Origin: an uncultured Candidatus Rokubacteria bacterium | GTDB lineage: Bacteria > Methylomirabilota > Methylomirabilia > Rokubacteriales > CSP1-6 | Direction of reading: 5' to 3' | Assembly (NCBI GenBank): GCA_963771355.1 | Contig: CAVYTA010000007.1 | Location: forward strand, 480,001-544,000 | Length of the DNA: 64,000 nucleotides | Part shown: positions 47,661 through 57,830 of the stretch, one piece after another | Layout: every line of letters begins with the position of its first letter | How positions within the stretch are numbered: the first letter of the stretch is position 1 | The notes under the pieces: generated by a model | Told to the model about the DNA's origin: nothing | Seen by the model: the letters and a program-made list of their open reading frames with translations, nothing else | Database searches by the model: none | Translations under genes and position numbers: made by a program

Positions 47661-49352
47661 ATGATCGACGTCGACGCTCGCCCCGAAGACCCCCGATCCG
47701 GCTCTCGGTCGCTCTCGCGCCGCGAGATGCTCGGACTGCTCGCCACGACGGGCGCGGGGACGATGCTGGCACCCATCATCTCGTCCGGCGCCGCGCTCGC
47801 CGCTGAGACCCCGAAGAAGGGCGGCCAGATCGTGGTGGCGCTGTCCCAGGAGCCCACTGTCTTCAATCCCAACCGGCCACACATCGAGGTGGATCGCGGT
47901 GTCCACTTCGGCCTCTTCGACAGTCTGTGGCGGGTGGACGAGAAGGCCCAATTCCTCCCCAACCTGGCCATAGAGATGCCGACCGTGAAGAACGGCGGTA
48001 TCCAAAAGAACGGCCTCGAGTATCTGGTGAAGCTCCGGAAGGGCGTCAAGTGGCACGACGGCAAGCCGTTCACCTCGAAGGACGTGAAATTCACGCACGA
48101 GTTGATCACGAATCCCAAGTTCGGGGCCTACAGCAAGGTGGGGCACGATCAGGTGGCCAGCGTCGAGACGCCGGACGAGTCCACCGTGCGGATCCGACTC
48201 AAGGAGCCCTTCGCCCCCTTCATGACGGCGTGGGGAGACACCTACATCGTGCCCGCCCACATCCTGGAGGGCGTGGCTGATCCCAACACCGCCGAGTTCA
48301 ACAACAAGAGCCCGGTGGGCACGGGGCCATTCAGGCTCGGTAGCCGCGTCGCCGGCGACCACCTCCTCCTCGTTGCCAATCCCGCGTACCACATGGGAGC
48401 GCCCGCCCTCGAGCGAGTGATTTTCAAGTACATTCCGGACCTCACCGTCCTGTACACCCAGTTCAAAGGCGGCGCGGTGGACGTGACGGGCATGCAGGGT
48501 ATCTCGGCGGAGTTCTATAGCGAGGCCAAGAGTCTCCCCGGCGTGGCCATCCACTTACATTATTCGCCCTCGGTGGAATACATCTACTTCAATCACGGCA
48601 ACCCGAAGTTCACGGAGCGGGCGGTCCGGCAGGCGCTTTACTACGCGATGGACAAGAAGGCCATCATCGACCAGGTCTACTACGGCCTGCCCAAGCCGGT
48701 GGAAGGATACCTGCCGCCCACGTCCTGGGCCTACAATGCCGAGCTACCCAAGCACGAGTACAACCCCGACAAAGCCAAGCAGATCCTGGAGGAGGCCGGA
48801 TGGAAAGCGGGCGGCGACGGCGTGCGGGCGAAGGGCGGCGTGCGCTTGTCCTTCACCAACGCCACCACCGCGGGTAACAAGCTCCGCGAGCAGACGCAGG
48901 CGCTCGTCCAGCAGAACTGGCGGGCCATCGGCGTGGAGATGCAGATTACCAACATGCCGGCGGCCGTGATCTGGGGCGAGTACTACGTGAAGTCCAAGTT
49001 CGAGACGCTGCTGGTCGGGATCCAGGCTTCCGTGGGCGACGATCCCGACTGCCTGAACCGAATCCACAGCAAGTACATCGCCGCCAAGACGGGCTCGGGC
49101 CGGAACGTGAGCCAGTACGAGAACCCCACCGTCGACAAGCTCCTCGAGGACGGCGTGCGGGAGATCGACCGCGCCAAGCGCCGCGCCATCTATCTCAAGC
49201 TCCAAGAGGTGATCCGCACCGATCTCGCATACCTCCCCATCTTCAGCTACGTGCGCATCGAGGGCGTGAAGCAGGGAATCGTCAACTACACGCCCAACAG
49301 CAATACGCTGACGAATAGCTGGAACATGCACGAGTGGGGGTGGAAGGCCTGA
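47661..49352 (+). CDS. Peptide/nickel ABC transporter substrate-binding protein with Tat signal
   Basis: SRREMLG twin-arginine motif, KWHDGKPFT and PVGTGPF. RBS AAGGAGG. Confidence 0.92.
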   Translation: MIDVDARPEDPRSGSRSLSRREMLGLLATTGAGTMLAPIISSGAALAAETPKKGGQIVVALSQEPTVFNPNRPHIEVDRGVHFGLFDSLWRVDEKAQFLPNLAIEMPTVKNGGIQKNGLEYLVKLRKGVKWHDGKPFTSKDVKFTHELITNPKFGAYSKVGHDQVASVETPDESTVRIRLKEPFAPFMTAWGDTYIVPAHILEGVADPNTAEFNNKSPVGTGPFRLGSRVAGDHLLLVANPAYHMGAPALERVIFKYIPDLTVLYTQFKGGAVDVTGMQGISAEFYSEAKSLPGVAIHLHYSPSVEYIYFNHGNPKFTERAVRQALYYAMDKKAIIDQVYYGLPKPVEGYLPPTSWAYNAELPKHEYNPDKAKQILEEAGWKAGGDGVRAKGGVRLSFTNATTAGNKLREQTQALVQQNWRAIGVEMQITNMPAAVIWGEYYVKSKFETLLVGIQASVGDDPDCLNRIHSKYIAAKTGSGRNVSQYENPTVDKLLEDGVREIDRAKRRAIYLKLQEVIRTDLAYLPIFSYVRIEGVKQGIVNYTPNSNTLTNSWNMHEWGWKA

Positions 49353-49407
49353 TCGAAGGTCTCTCCGCGCGGAGCGGGGCGTTGGCCGCGCCGGCTTCGA
49401 CACGGCA

Positions 49408-50361
49408 GTGAGACAGTACTTCGCGCGGCGGGTAATCCAGGCGGTCGTGGTGCTCTGCCTGGTCTCGCTCGCCGGGTTCTCCCTCCTCCATCTGGCGCCG
49501 GGCGGGCCGGCGGCCATTTACGCGCTCAGCCCCACCATGAGCGCCGAGGATCTCGACCGGATCACCCACGAGCTCGGGCTCGACCGGCCGATCCACGTCC
49601 AGTACCTCTCCTGGGCCAAGGGTTTCCTCAGCGGCAACTGGGGTCGCTCTTACCGTGACGGGCGGGTGGTCCTCGAGGTGATCGTCGATCGGGTCCCGGC
49701 TACGGTCATTCTCATGCTGAGCGCTTTCTCGGTGGCCGTGCTCCTGGGCCTGGCCAGTGGGATCGTGAGCGCCGTCCGCCAGTACTCGCTCTTCGACCAC
49801 CTGGCCACCCTCGGCGCCATGGTGGCGCTGTCCATCCCTACCTTCTGGCTGGGCCTCATGGCCATCTACGTGTTCTCGGAGCTGCTCCACACCCTTCCTC
49901 CCGGCAATATCGGGACGGTAGGCGCGCCGTTCGCCCTCGCCGACCGTCTGCGTCACCTGATCCTGCCGGCGGGAACGCTTGGCATGGTCATGGTGGCGAC
50001 GTGGAGCCGCTATACGCGGGCCTCCATGCTGGAGGTGATCGGCGAGGACTACATCCGCACCGCGCGAGCCAAGGGCGTGTCGCAGGGCTGGGTCATCCTC
50101 AAGCACGCGCTCAGGAATGCGCTCATCCCGCTGGTGACGCTGGCCGGCCTCCAGCTCCCTTTGGTGTTCAGCGGCGCGCTGGTAACGGAGACCATCTTCA
50201 CATGGCCGGGCATGGGCCGGCTCTTCGTCGACTCCATCGGCTACCGCGATTACCCGGTGCTCATGGGGATCCTGATGTTCACGGCGACGCTCGTCATCCT
50301 GGGGAATCTGGTGGCGGACCTCGTCTACGCGGCCATCGACCCGCGGGTGCGCCACTCGTGA
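49408..50361 (+). CDS. Peptide ABC permease (DppB/OppB-like)
   Basis: LGLDRP, DYIRTARAKG, HALRNA and DPRVR. Confidence 0.93.
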   Translation: MRQYFARRVIQAVVVLCLVSLAGFSLLHLAPGGPAAIYALSPTMSAEDLDRITHELGLDRPIHVQYLSWAKGFLSGNWGRSYRDGRVVLEVIVDRVPATVILMLSAFSVAVLLGLASGIVSAVRQYSLFDHLATLGAMVALSIPTFWLGLMAIYVFSELLHTLPPGNIGTVGAPFALADRLRHLILPAGTLGMVMVATWSRYTRASMLEVIGEDYIRTARAKGVSQGWVILKHALRNALIPLVTLAGLQLPLVFSGALVTETIFTWPGMGRLFVDSIGYRDYPVLMGILMFTATLVILGNLVADLVYAAIDPRVRHS

Positions 50362-51260
50362 GCGCGGCCGTGGTGGCTGCCGCGGCTCCCGCGAAGACCG
50401 CCGCGCCGGAGGCTCTCGCCGGCATCTTCTGGGCGCGCTTCGTGCGCCACCGGCCCGCCGTGATCAGCGCGGTGGTGATCGCACTCCTCGGGCTGGCCTC
50501 GATCTTCGCCGGCTCGATCGCCATGCGCGATCCGCTCCAGATCGAGATGGCCCACAAGTTCGCGCCGCCCCTGGCCAAGGGGCATCTCCTGGGCGCCGAC
50601 GAGCTCGGGCGCGACGTGCTCTCGCGCCTCCTTCACGCCGGACGCATCTCGCTGACGGTGGGACTTGCCGCCATGGCCGTGACCGTCATCGTGGGCGCCG
50701 TCCTGGGTACCATGGCCGGGTACGTCGGCGGGGTGGTGGACACGGTGCTGCTCCGGCTCACCGACGCCATGCTCTCGTTCCCCCCGATCTTCATGCTGCT
50801 GGCGTTGGCCGCATTCGTCCGGCCCTCGCTGGCCTCCATGACACTCATCATCGCGACCACGTCGTGGATGGACGTGACGCGCATGGTACGGGGCCTGATC
50901 CTCACGCTCCGGGAGCAGGAGTTCGTGACGGGCGCGCGGGGGCTCGGGGCCTCGGGGGCGCGAATCATGACGCGGCACCTTCTACCCAACACGGTGGGGA
51001 TCATCGCCGTGGCTGCCACCCTCTCGGTGGCCCGCGCGATCCTGCTTGAGTCCTATATCAGCTTCCTCGGCTACGGTATCCAGCCACCTCTGGCGAGCTG
51101 GGGCAACATGCTCAACAATGCCCAGAGCTACTTCACGACCGCTCCATGGGTGGCGATTTTCCCCGGGGTGATGATCACGCTGGCGGTGACGAGCTTCAAC
51201 TTCCTCGGCGACGGGCTCCGCGACGCCCTCGATCCCCGCCACATCCGCTCGCGGACCTGA
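50358..51260 (+). CDS. Peptide ABC permease (DppC/OppC-like)
   Basis: HLLGADELGRD, SWGNML and GDGLRDALDPR. GTGA overlap. Confidence 0.93.
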   Translation: MSAAVVAAAAPAKTAAPEALAGIFWARFVRHRPAVISAVVIALLGLASIFAGSIAMRDPLQIEMAHKFAPPLAKGHLLGADELGRDVLSRLLHAGRISLTVGLAAMAVTVIVGAVLGTMAGYVGGVVDTVLLRLTDAMLSFPPIFMLLALAAFVRPSLASMTLIIATTSWMDVTRMVRGLILTLREQEFVTGARGLGASGARIMTRHLLPNTVGIIAVAATLSVARAILLESYISFLGYGIQPPLASWGNMLNNAQSYFTTAPWVAIFPGVMITLAVTSFNFLGDGLRDALDPRHIRSRT

Positions 51261-51299
51261 GCGGCAGCCGGCTCAAGCGCTCCGTAAGGGTCCGCCATC

Positions 51300-54200
51300 T
51301 CAGGAGCAGCCAGTGGTGGTGCCGCAAGTCACGCACTTGAGACAGGTGCCGTTGCGCACCATGGTGAACTGGCCGCAGTCTCCGCACGGATCCCCCTCGT
51401 AGCCCTTGAGCTTCGCGATCTCGGAGGCCGAGAGGGCGCGCGTCTCCACCACCGCGCCGCTGCCGCCGGACAAGGGCACCGCCGCGCGGGCGGTATGGAT
51501 CGGCTCGCCCAGGGGCAGAACGGCGGCCGTGGTGACGGGGATCATCGCCACCGGGCCCTGCCCGATCTTGGTGCCAATGGTATCGCTGCGGAGATCCTCG
51601 TCCGGCACATGGGAGAGGTCGGTGCGGCCGAGATAGGTGATGGCCAGCTCGCGGAAGACGTAGTCGATCACGGACGTCGCCATCTTGATCCGGTCATTGC
51701 CGATGACCATCCCGTTGGGCTCGAAGCGCGTGAACACGAAGGCGTCCACGAACTCGTCGAGGGGCACGCCGTGCTGGAGGCCCAGAGAGATGGCGATGGC
51801 GAAGCAGTTCATGAGGCTGCGGAAGGCGGCGCCTTCCTTGTGCATGTCGAGGAAGATCTCGCCCAGCGAGCCGTCCTCGTAGTTCCCCGTGCGGAGATAG
51901 ACCTTGTGGCCGCCCACCACCGCCTTCTGGGTGTAGCCGGCGCGCCGGTCGGGCAGCCGGTGCCGCTCGCGGATGTACTTGGTGATCACCTTCTCCGTCA
52001 TCTTCTCCGCCACCGCCTCCACGTCGGCGGCCGCGGCGGCCTCCGCGTCGGTGGTGGAGTTGAGCGGCTGGGAGAGCTTGGAGCCGTCGCGGTACAGCGC
52101 CACCGCCTTGAGCATGCTCCGCCACGAGGTGTGATAGGCCTGCTTGACGTCTTCGATGGTGGCGTCCGCGGGCATGTTGATGGTCTTGCTGATGGCGCCG
52201 GACAGGAAGGGCTGGGCCGCCGCCATCATCCGGATATGAGCGTCCACCGCGATGAAGCGCTGCCCCTTCTTGCCACAGCGGTTGGCGCAGTCGAAGACGG
52301 GGAGGTGCTCGCTCCGGAGATGCGGGGCGCCTTCCACCGTCATGGTCCCGCAGACATAGTCGCTGGCGGCCTCGATCTCTGCCGCGGTGAACCCGAGCGC
52401 GCGCAGCAGATTGCCATTCCACTCCGCCAGGCGGGCCTCGTTGATGCCGAGCCGCTGCTGCACGTAGCCATCGCCCAGCGTCCAGGCATTGAAGGCGAAG
52501 GTGAGGTCGAAGGCGCCCTCCAGCTCGTCCTCCACCCGGGCCAGCCCCTCCTCGTCGAAGCCCTTGGCGCGCAGGGACTGGGGATTGATGTGCGGCGCCC
52601 CGCGCAGCGTCTTGTGTCCCACGCAGTAGGCCACGATGTCGTCGATGGTGTGGGCGCCGTAGCCCAGCGCGCGCAACGCCAGCGGGATGCTCTGGTTGAT
52701 GATCTTGAAATAGCCGCCGCCGGCGAGCTTCTTGAACTTCACCAGGGCGAAGTCCGGCTCGATCCCGGTGGTGTCGCAGTCCATCACCAGCCCGATGGTG
52801 CCGGTGGGCGCGAGCACGGTGACCTGGGCGTTCCGGTACCCGTAGCTCTCGCCGAGGGTGAGGGCCCGATCCCATGTCTCGCGCGCCGCCTGCACCAGGC
52901 CGCTCGGGCAATGCGAGGGGTCGATGCCCAGGGGCTTGATGGTGAGGCCCTCGTACACCGAGGGCGCCGCATGGTAGGCGGCCCGGCGGTGGTTGCGCAT
53001 CACCCGCAGCATGGCCTCGCGGTTCCGGGCATAGCCGGGGAAGGGGCCCAGGTCCTTGGCGATCTCCGCCGAGGTCGCGTACGCCTCGCCGTGCATGATC
53101 GCGGTGATCGCCCCGCAGATGTTCACCGCCTCGGGCGAGTCGTAGGGGATGCCCTGACGCATCAGCACCGTGCCCATGTTCGCGTAGCCGAGGCCGAGCG
53201 TGCGGTAGTGCCAGCTCCGCTCGGCGATGGGCGGGCTCGGGTAGGCCCCCATGAGCACGCTGATCTCGAGCACCAGCGTCCAGAGCCGGCAGGCGTGCCG
53301 ATAGCCCTCCACGTCGAAGGTGCCGTCGGACCGCAGGAACTTGACGAGGTTGATCGAGGCCAGGTTGCAGGCGGTGTCGTCCAGGAACATATATTCAGAA
53401 CACGGATTCGAGGCGTTGATGCGCCCGTCCTCGGGGCAGGTATGCCACTCGTTGATGGTGGTGTCGTACTGCACGCCGGGATCCGCGCACGCCCACGCCG
53501 CGTAGGCGATCTCGTTCCAGAGATCCTCGGCGGGCACGCGCTTGGACACTTGCTTGTCGGTGCGGCGGCGCAGCTCCCACTCCCCCCCGCGCTCGAGCAC
53601 GTCGAAGAAGCCGTTGGGCACGCGGATGCTGTTGTTGGAGTTCTGGCCGGCGACGGTGAGATAGGCGTCGCTGTCCCAGTCGGTGTCGTACTCGGGGAAG
53701 ATGAGCTCGGTGATGCCCTGGGCCGCGAGCTGCACCGCCCGCTGGATATACCCCTCGGGCACCATGGCCGCGCGGGCCTCGCGGAGCGCCGCCCGGAGGG
53801 CCGCGTTCCGCTTGGGATCGGCGTCGATGTGGGTCGGGTCGAGCTTGTCGGGCCGGCACGCCGCCATCACTGCCTGGAGCCGGCGCTTGCCCAGGCGCGA
53901 GCCCGCCACCAGCGCGGCGACCTTCTGCTCCTCGACGACCTTCCAGCGGATGAAGTCCAGCACGTCCGGGTGGTCGAGGTCGAGGCAGACCATCTTGGCG
54001 GCCCGTCGGGTCGTGCCGCCCGACTTGATGGCGCCGGCCGCCCGATCGCCGATCTTGAGGAAGGACATCAGTCCGGAGGACTTGCCGCCGCCGGACAGGG
54101 GCTCATTCTCGCCGCGAAGCTGGGAGAAGTTGGATCCCGTGCCGGAGCCGTACTTGAAGATGCGCGCCTCGCGCGTCCAGAGGTCCATGATCCCGCCTTC

Positions 54201-54782
54201 ATTGACGAGATCGTCCCTCACGGACTGGATGAAGCAGGCGCTGGGCTGGGGCCGCTCGTAGGCCGAGGTCGCCCGGGTGAGGGCGCCCGTGGCCGGCTCG
54301 ACGTAGAAGTGGCCCTGCGCCGGGCCGGTGAGGCCATACGCCCAGTGCAGGCCCGTATTGAACCACTGGGGCGAGTTCGGCGCCGCCACCTGCGCCGCGA
54401 GCATGTGGCAGAGCTCATCGTAGAACGCGCGGGCGTCGGCAGGTCCGTCGAAGTAACCGTGGCGCTCGCCCCAGTGCGTCCACGTGCCGGCGAGCCGGTG
54501 GAAGACTTGCCGGGCGTCCCGCTCGCCGCCGATCAGGGGACGGCCCGCGTTGTCGAGGAGCGGCTTGCCGTCGTTGTCGACCTGCGGCACCCCCGCCTTC
54601 CGGAAATATTTTTGCGCGAGGATGTCGGTCGCGACGGCCGACCACGCGGAGGGCACCGCGATGCCGTCCTGACGGAAGACCGTCGAGCCGTCCGGGTTCT
54701 TGATCTCCGAGGTTCGGCGATCGAAGTCGATCCCGTGATAGGGGCTCTGGCCTTCAGTCGTGTATCGGCGGGGGATCTTCAT
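51300..54782 (-). CDS. nrdJ: Class II (adenosylcobalamin-dependent) ribonucleotide reductase
   Basis: [47 protein letters not shown]-like region and a C-terminal CxxC..CxxC..GCS. Confidence 0.95.
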   Translation of the reverse strand: MKIPRRYTTEGQSPYHGIDFDRRTSEIKNPDGSTVFRQDGIAVPSAWSAVATDILAQKYFRKAGVPQVDNDGKPLLDNAGRPLIGGERDARQVFHRLAGTWTHWGERHGYFDGPADARAFYDELCHMLAAQVAAPNSPQWFNTGLHWAYGLTGPAQGHFYVEPATGALTRATSAYERPQPSACFIQSVRDDLVNEGGIMDLWTREARIFKYGSGTGSNFSQLRGENEPLSGGGKSSGLMSFLKIGDRAAGAIKSGGTTRRAAKMVCLDLDHPDVLDFIRWKVVEEQKVAALVAGSRLGKRRLQAVMAACRPDKLDPTHIDADPKRNAALRAALREARAAMVPEGYIQRAVQLAAQGITELIFPEYDTDWDSDAYLTVAGQNSNNSIRVPNGFFDVLERGGEWELRRRTDKQVSKRVPAEDLWNEIAYAAWACADPGVQYDTTINEWHTCPEDGRINASNPCSEYMFLDDTACNLASINLVKFLRSDGTFDVEGYRHACRLWTLVLEISVLMGAYPSPPIAERSWHYRTLGLGYANMGTVLMRQGIPYDSPEAVNICGAITAIMHGEAYATSAEIAKDLGPFPGYARNREAMLRVMRNHRRAAYHAAPSVYEGLTIKPLGIDPSHCPSGLVQAARETWDRALTLGESYGYRNAQVTVLAPTGTIGLVMDCDTTGIEPDFALVKFKKLAGGGYFKIINQSIPLALRALGYGAHTIDDIVAYCVGHKTLRGAPHINPQSLRAKGFDEEGLARVEDELEGAFDLTFAFNAWTLGDGYVQQRLGINEARLAEWNGNLLRALGFTAAEIEAASDYVCGTMTVEGAPHLRSEHLPVFDCANRCGKKGQRFIAVDAHIRMMAAAQPFLSGAISKTINMPADATIEDVKQAYHTSWRSMLKAVALYRDGSKLSQPLNSTTDAEAAAAADVEAVAEKMTEKVITKYIRERHRLPDRRAGYTQKAVVGGHKVYLRTGNYEDGSLGEIFLDMHKEGAAFRSLMNCFAIAISLGLQHGVPLDEFVDAFVFTRFEPNGMVIGNDRIKMATSVIDYVFRELAITYLGRTDLSHVPDEDLRSDTIGTKIGQGPVAMIPVTTAAVLPLGEPIHTARAAVPLSGGSGAVVETRALSASEIAKLKGYEGDPCGDCGQFTMVRNGTCLKCVTCGTTTGCS

Positions 54783-54855
54783 ACTGCCCTCCTCGAAGTG
54801 GTCTCAGCGCGTTACCGGATCGTGTCTAGAACGTTACGGGTCAAATTGGAACGAA

Positions 54856-54903
54856 CCCCAAGATATTGTGGTGGCTCGGACCAAGTCAACCTTTATTTAG
54901 TGC
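54856..54903 (-). promoter_or_regulatory. Two NrdR boxes overlapping the nrdJ promoter
   Basis: CCCCAAGATATTGTGG (54856-54871) and AACCTTTATTTAGTGC (54888-54903), 32-bp period. A minus-strand TTGACT-N18-TATCTT overlaps them. Confidence 0.75.
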
Positions 54904-55051
54904 TTGTGCCCATCTTCCCAAACACGGTCGCGGTGGAAAGATGTGGATGGCGGTGGATATCGCAACGAGCGCTCGCGCCACGCGAGTTTCCGACGCGGAG
55001 CGCATGTGGATGAAGCGTAGAATCGTGTCCGGCCCGCACTGGGCATCGTCC

Positions 55052-55597
55052 ATGCATTGGCTCGTCGACGGCTACAATCTGATCCGCCGCGATCCCGCGC
55101 TCGCTTCGCGCGAGGCCGAGAGCCTCGAAGCGGGACGCGTCGCGCTATGCCGGCTGCTCGCGCAGGCCGCGCGAGTCTCCGGTGACCGCTTCACCGTGGT
55201 CTTCGATGGACGCGGCGCGGGCGGGAGCGGCACCGGCGTCGCGGGCGTGGGAGTGGTGTTCTCCAGTGCGCGTGAGACCGCCGATCGCGTGCTCGCGCGC
55301 CTCGCCGTGGGCGGGGGCGCGGTGGTGTCCAACGATCGCGAGGTGCGCCGTGCCGCCGCGCGTGCGGGCGCCATCTCGGTGACGGCCGACGAGTTCCTCG
55401 CACGGCTGAGGACCGGCGCTGCGTCAGGGACGACACCGGCTGCGGACGGCGTCGGTGCTCAGGATCTCCCGTATGAGAAGGATGAGGATGAGGGGACGGA
55501 ACGCCGGGGACCGCGCAAGGGCAATCCCCGTCGCCTTCCTCGGAAGCAACGCGCCGCGTCGCGCGCGCTCGATCGGCTAAGGCCTCCGAAGCATTGA
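55052..55597 (+). CDS. YacP-like NYN domain protein
   Basis: LVDGYNLI, VVFDG, ETAD and VVSNDRE. Confidence 0.85.
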   Translation: MHWLVDGYNLIRRDPALASREAESLEAGRVALCRLLAQAARVSGDRFTVVFDGRGAGGSGTGVAGVGVVFSSARETADRVLARLAVGGGAVVSNDREVRRAAARAGAISVTADEFLARLRTGAASGTTPAADGVGAQDLPYEKDEDEGTERRGPRKGNPRRLPRKQRAASRALDRLRPPKH

Positions 55598-55633
55598 CCG
55601 AATCACTCGGACCACGATCAACAGGAGACTCCC

Positions 55634-56515
55634 ATGAACGTCGGCTTCGTCGGCACCGGAAACATGGGTCGCCCCATGGCGGCGAACATCCTCAAGGCCG
55701 GCCACCAGATGACGGTGTTCGACCTCAGCCCCGCGGCCACCGCGCCGCTGGAGCGATCGGGCGCCACGCGCGCCGCCGACCTGCCTGCGCTCGCGCGGGC
55801 CGTGCGCGTGACCATGCTGAGCCTGCCCGATGCGCGGGCGGTGGAGGCCGCGCTCTTCGGGTCGCCGGCCGCGCCCGGGCTCATGGCCGGAGCCCGAAGC
55901 GGCGATTTCTTCTTCGATCTCTCCACCGTGGGGCCCGAGAGCACGCGGAGCCTGGCCGCCCGCGCGGCGTCGCAAGGGGTGCGCGTCGTGGACGCGCCGG
56001 TGAGCGGCAGCGTGAGCGGGGCCGAGGCAGGCACGCTGGCCGTGATGATCGGGGCGCCCGAGGGGGACGTGAAGCCCTTCGAGGGCATCCTCCGCGCCAT
56101 CGGGAAGAACCTCTTCTTCCTGGGCGAGGTGGGGAAGGGCAATATCCTCAAGCTCCTCAACAATTACGTTGCGCTGACGAATCAGGCCGCGCTCTGCGAA
56201 GCGATGGCGCTGGCCGACCGGCTCGGGGTGCCGCGGCAGACCGTGGGCGACGTGGTGGGCAAGAGCTCGGGCGCCAGCTTCATCCTCGAGCGGAAGCTGG
56301 CCGCGCTGGTCCAGCATGACTATCGGGCGGGTTTCTTCGTGGATCTGGCGCGCAAGGATCTGGGACTCGGGCTCGAGCTGGCCAAGGAGGTCAAAGGGGA
56401 GAGCGTGGTGGGCCGAGCCGCGTGGGAGCTTTACGGCCGCGCGAGCGAGGCGGGGTTCGGCCGGCTGGACAGCTCGGGCCTGCTGGGTCTCCTGGAACCC
56501 CGGGCTACTGCCTGA
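55634..56515 (+). CDS. 3-hydroxyisobutyrate dehydrogenase family NAD(P)-dependent oxidoreductase
   Basis: GFVGTGNMGRPMA, DAPVSG, KLLNN and KDL. RBS AGGAG. Confidence 0.9.
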   Translation: MNVGFVGTGNMGRPMAANILKAGHQMTVFDLSPAATAPLERSGATRAADLPALARAVRVTMLSLPDARAVEAALFGSPAAPGLMAGARSGDFFFDLSTVGPESTRSLAARAASQGVRVVDAPVSGSVSGAEAGTLAVMIGAPEGDVKPFEGILRAIGKNLFFLGEVGKGNILKLLNNYVALTNQAALCEAMALADRLGVPRQTVGDVVGKSSGASFILERKLAALVQHDYRAGFFVDLARKDLGLGLELAKEVKGESVVGRAAWELYGRASEAGFGRLDSSGLLGLLEPRATA

Positions 56516-57554
56516 TCTGTCGCGCCCGGCGCTGGAGGTAGCCGTTGCGCACCGAGGTATAGAGGTCGACCGTGCTCTCCTCGACGCCCTCGAACAGCTC
56601 GAGGTTGAGCGACCGTTCGTTGATCATGTTGCCGATCCGCATCAAGAGGCGATCCCAGATGAAGGGGATGTAGTAGGCAAGCGGATCCATGGCCCCGTCC
56701 ACGGCGATGCCAATGCCGTCGCGGACGGTCGTCGGGGCCATGAACGGCAAGACCAGAAAGGGGCCGGGTCCGAGGCCCCAGGTGCCGAGCGTCTGCCCGA
56801 AGTCTTCCCGGCTGGGCTCGATGCCCCATTCCTGCTTGGCCATGTCCCAGAGCCCGCCGATGCCCACCGTGGAGTTGATGAGGAAGCGTGCCAGCTCGCG
56901 CCCGGCGCCCGACCACTTGCCCTGGAGCACGCTGTTCACGAACCGCGGGACGAAGTTGATGTTGGTGAAGCCGCGGTCCACCATCTTCTGCAGCTCGTCC
57001 GGCATGACGAAGTTGTAGGCCTTGGCGATGGGCTTGAGCACGTACTTGTCCACGCGATAGTTGAACGCGAACATCTTCTCGTTGAAGGGCTCCCAGGGGT
57101 CGTACTCCTCCAGCGGCGGCTCCAGCGGTGGTCCTTCCGAGCGGTCGGACTGAGCCGGTCGGTCGGTCTGAGCCTGGGCGAAGGACATCGACTCGGCCAG
57201 GGCGAGGAGTCCCGGCGCCATCTCGGCCTCGGTGATCGGTTCGACGGTCAGCGACGTGTCGGCGGCCTGCGCCACTGCCTCCGTCGAATCGGCGGTCAGC
57301 TCGTCGGCGACGACGGCCGTAGCCTTCTCGGTCTCGGCCGCCGTCGACACGGACACGAGGTCGCCAGGCGCAGCGGTGGGCATCTCGGCGGCCACCGTCG
57401 CCGGCAGGGTGGGCGCGGCCAGCGCCAGGCGTTCCCCGCGCGGCGAGCCATGAAAGGTACCGCAGCCGGCCAGCGTGAGCGCGGCCAGCACGAAGCCCAG
57501 GGCCTGGATTTTCGGACGCAACGTGGCTCTCCCTCCGAGACCGGCGGTTGACAC
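56505..57554 (-). CDS. mlaA: MlaA/VacJ lipoprotein with a long acidic N-terminal extension
   Basis: LAGC lipobox, DPWEPFNEKMF, RFLINST.GIGG, EDFGQTLG and YTSVRNGYLQRR. Confidence 0.88.
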   Translation of the reverse strand: MSTAGLGGRATLRPKIQALGFVLAALTLAGCGTFHGSPRGERLALAAPTLPATVAAEMPTAAPGDLVSVSTAAETEKATAVVADELTADSTEAVAQAADTSLTVEPITEAEMAPGLLALAESMSFAQAQTDRPAQSDRSEGPPLEPPLEEYDPWEPFNEKMFAFNYRVDKYVLKPIAKAYNFVMPDELQKMVDRGFTNINFVPRFVNSVLQGKWSGAGRELARFLINSTVGIGGLWDMAKQEWGIEPSREDFGQTLGTWGLGPGPFLVLPFMAPTTVRDGIGIAVDGAMDPLAYYIPFIWDRLLMRIGNMINERSLNLELFEGVEESTVDLYTSVRNGYLQRRARQIRQ

Positions 57555-57773
57555 TCCGGCGAGAGTAGCCTGAATCCCGCCCGACTGCTACCTTCTCCGC
57601 CCATCTTCCGAGGGGCGCCACCGAGGTCCTACCCGGACACCGCGCGCGATCCCCGCCCCGATCTCACTGACAAGGCACGGCTTTTCGGTCCCGGACTCGC
57701 CACCTGACCAACGGCCCCTCCCGCCGCGGCGTCAGAGCTTGTCAGACCGCGGGCGGGGAGCGCCGGGGGTGCG

Positions 57774-57802
57774 TTGACAGGTCTCGCGCCCGGGCGTAGG
57801 GT
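57774..57802 (+). promoter_or_regulatory. sigma70-type promoter
   Basis: TTGACA-N17-TAGGGT. Confidence 0.6.
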
Positions 57803-57830
57803 GCGGCCAGAACTCCCCGGGAGGCCAGGC

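Noticed and set aside
51300..54782. Possible intein or intron in the long nrdJ
   Set aside because: The frame is continuous and I saw no splice-junction or LAGLIDADG motifs. The length is explained by normal insertions and the C-terminal domain.
54783..55050. Cobalamin riboswitch upstream of B12-dependent nrdJ
   Set aside because: No B12-box recognised; the NrdR boxes account for the conserved-looking sequence.
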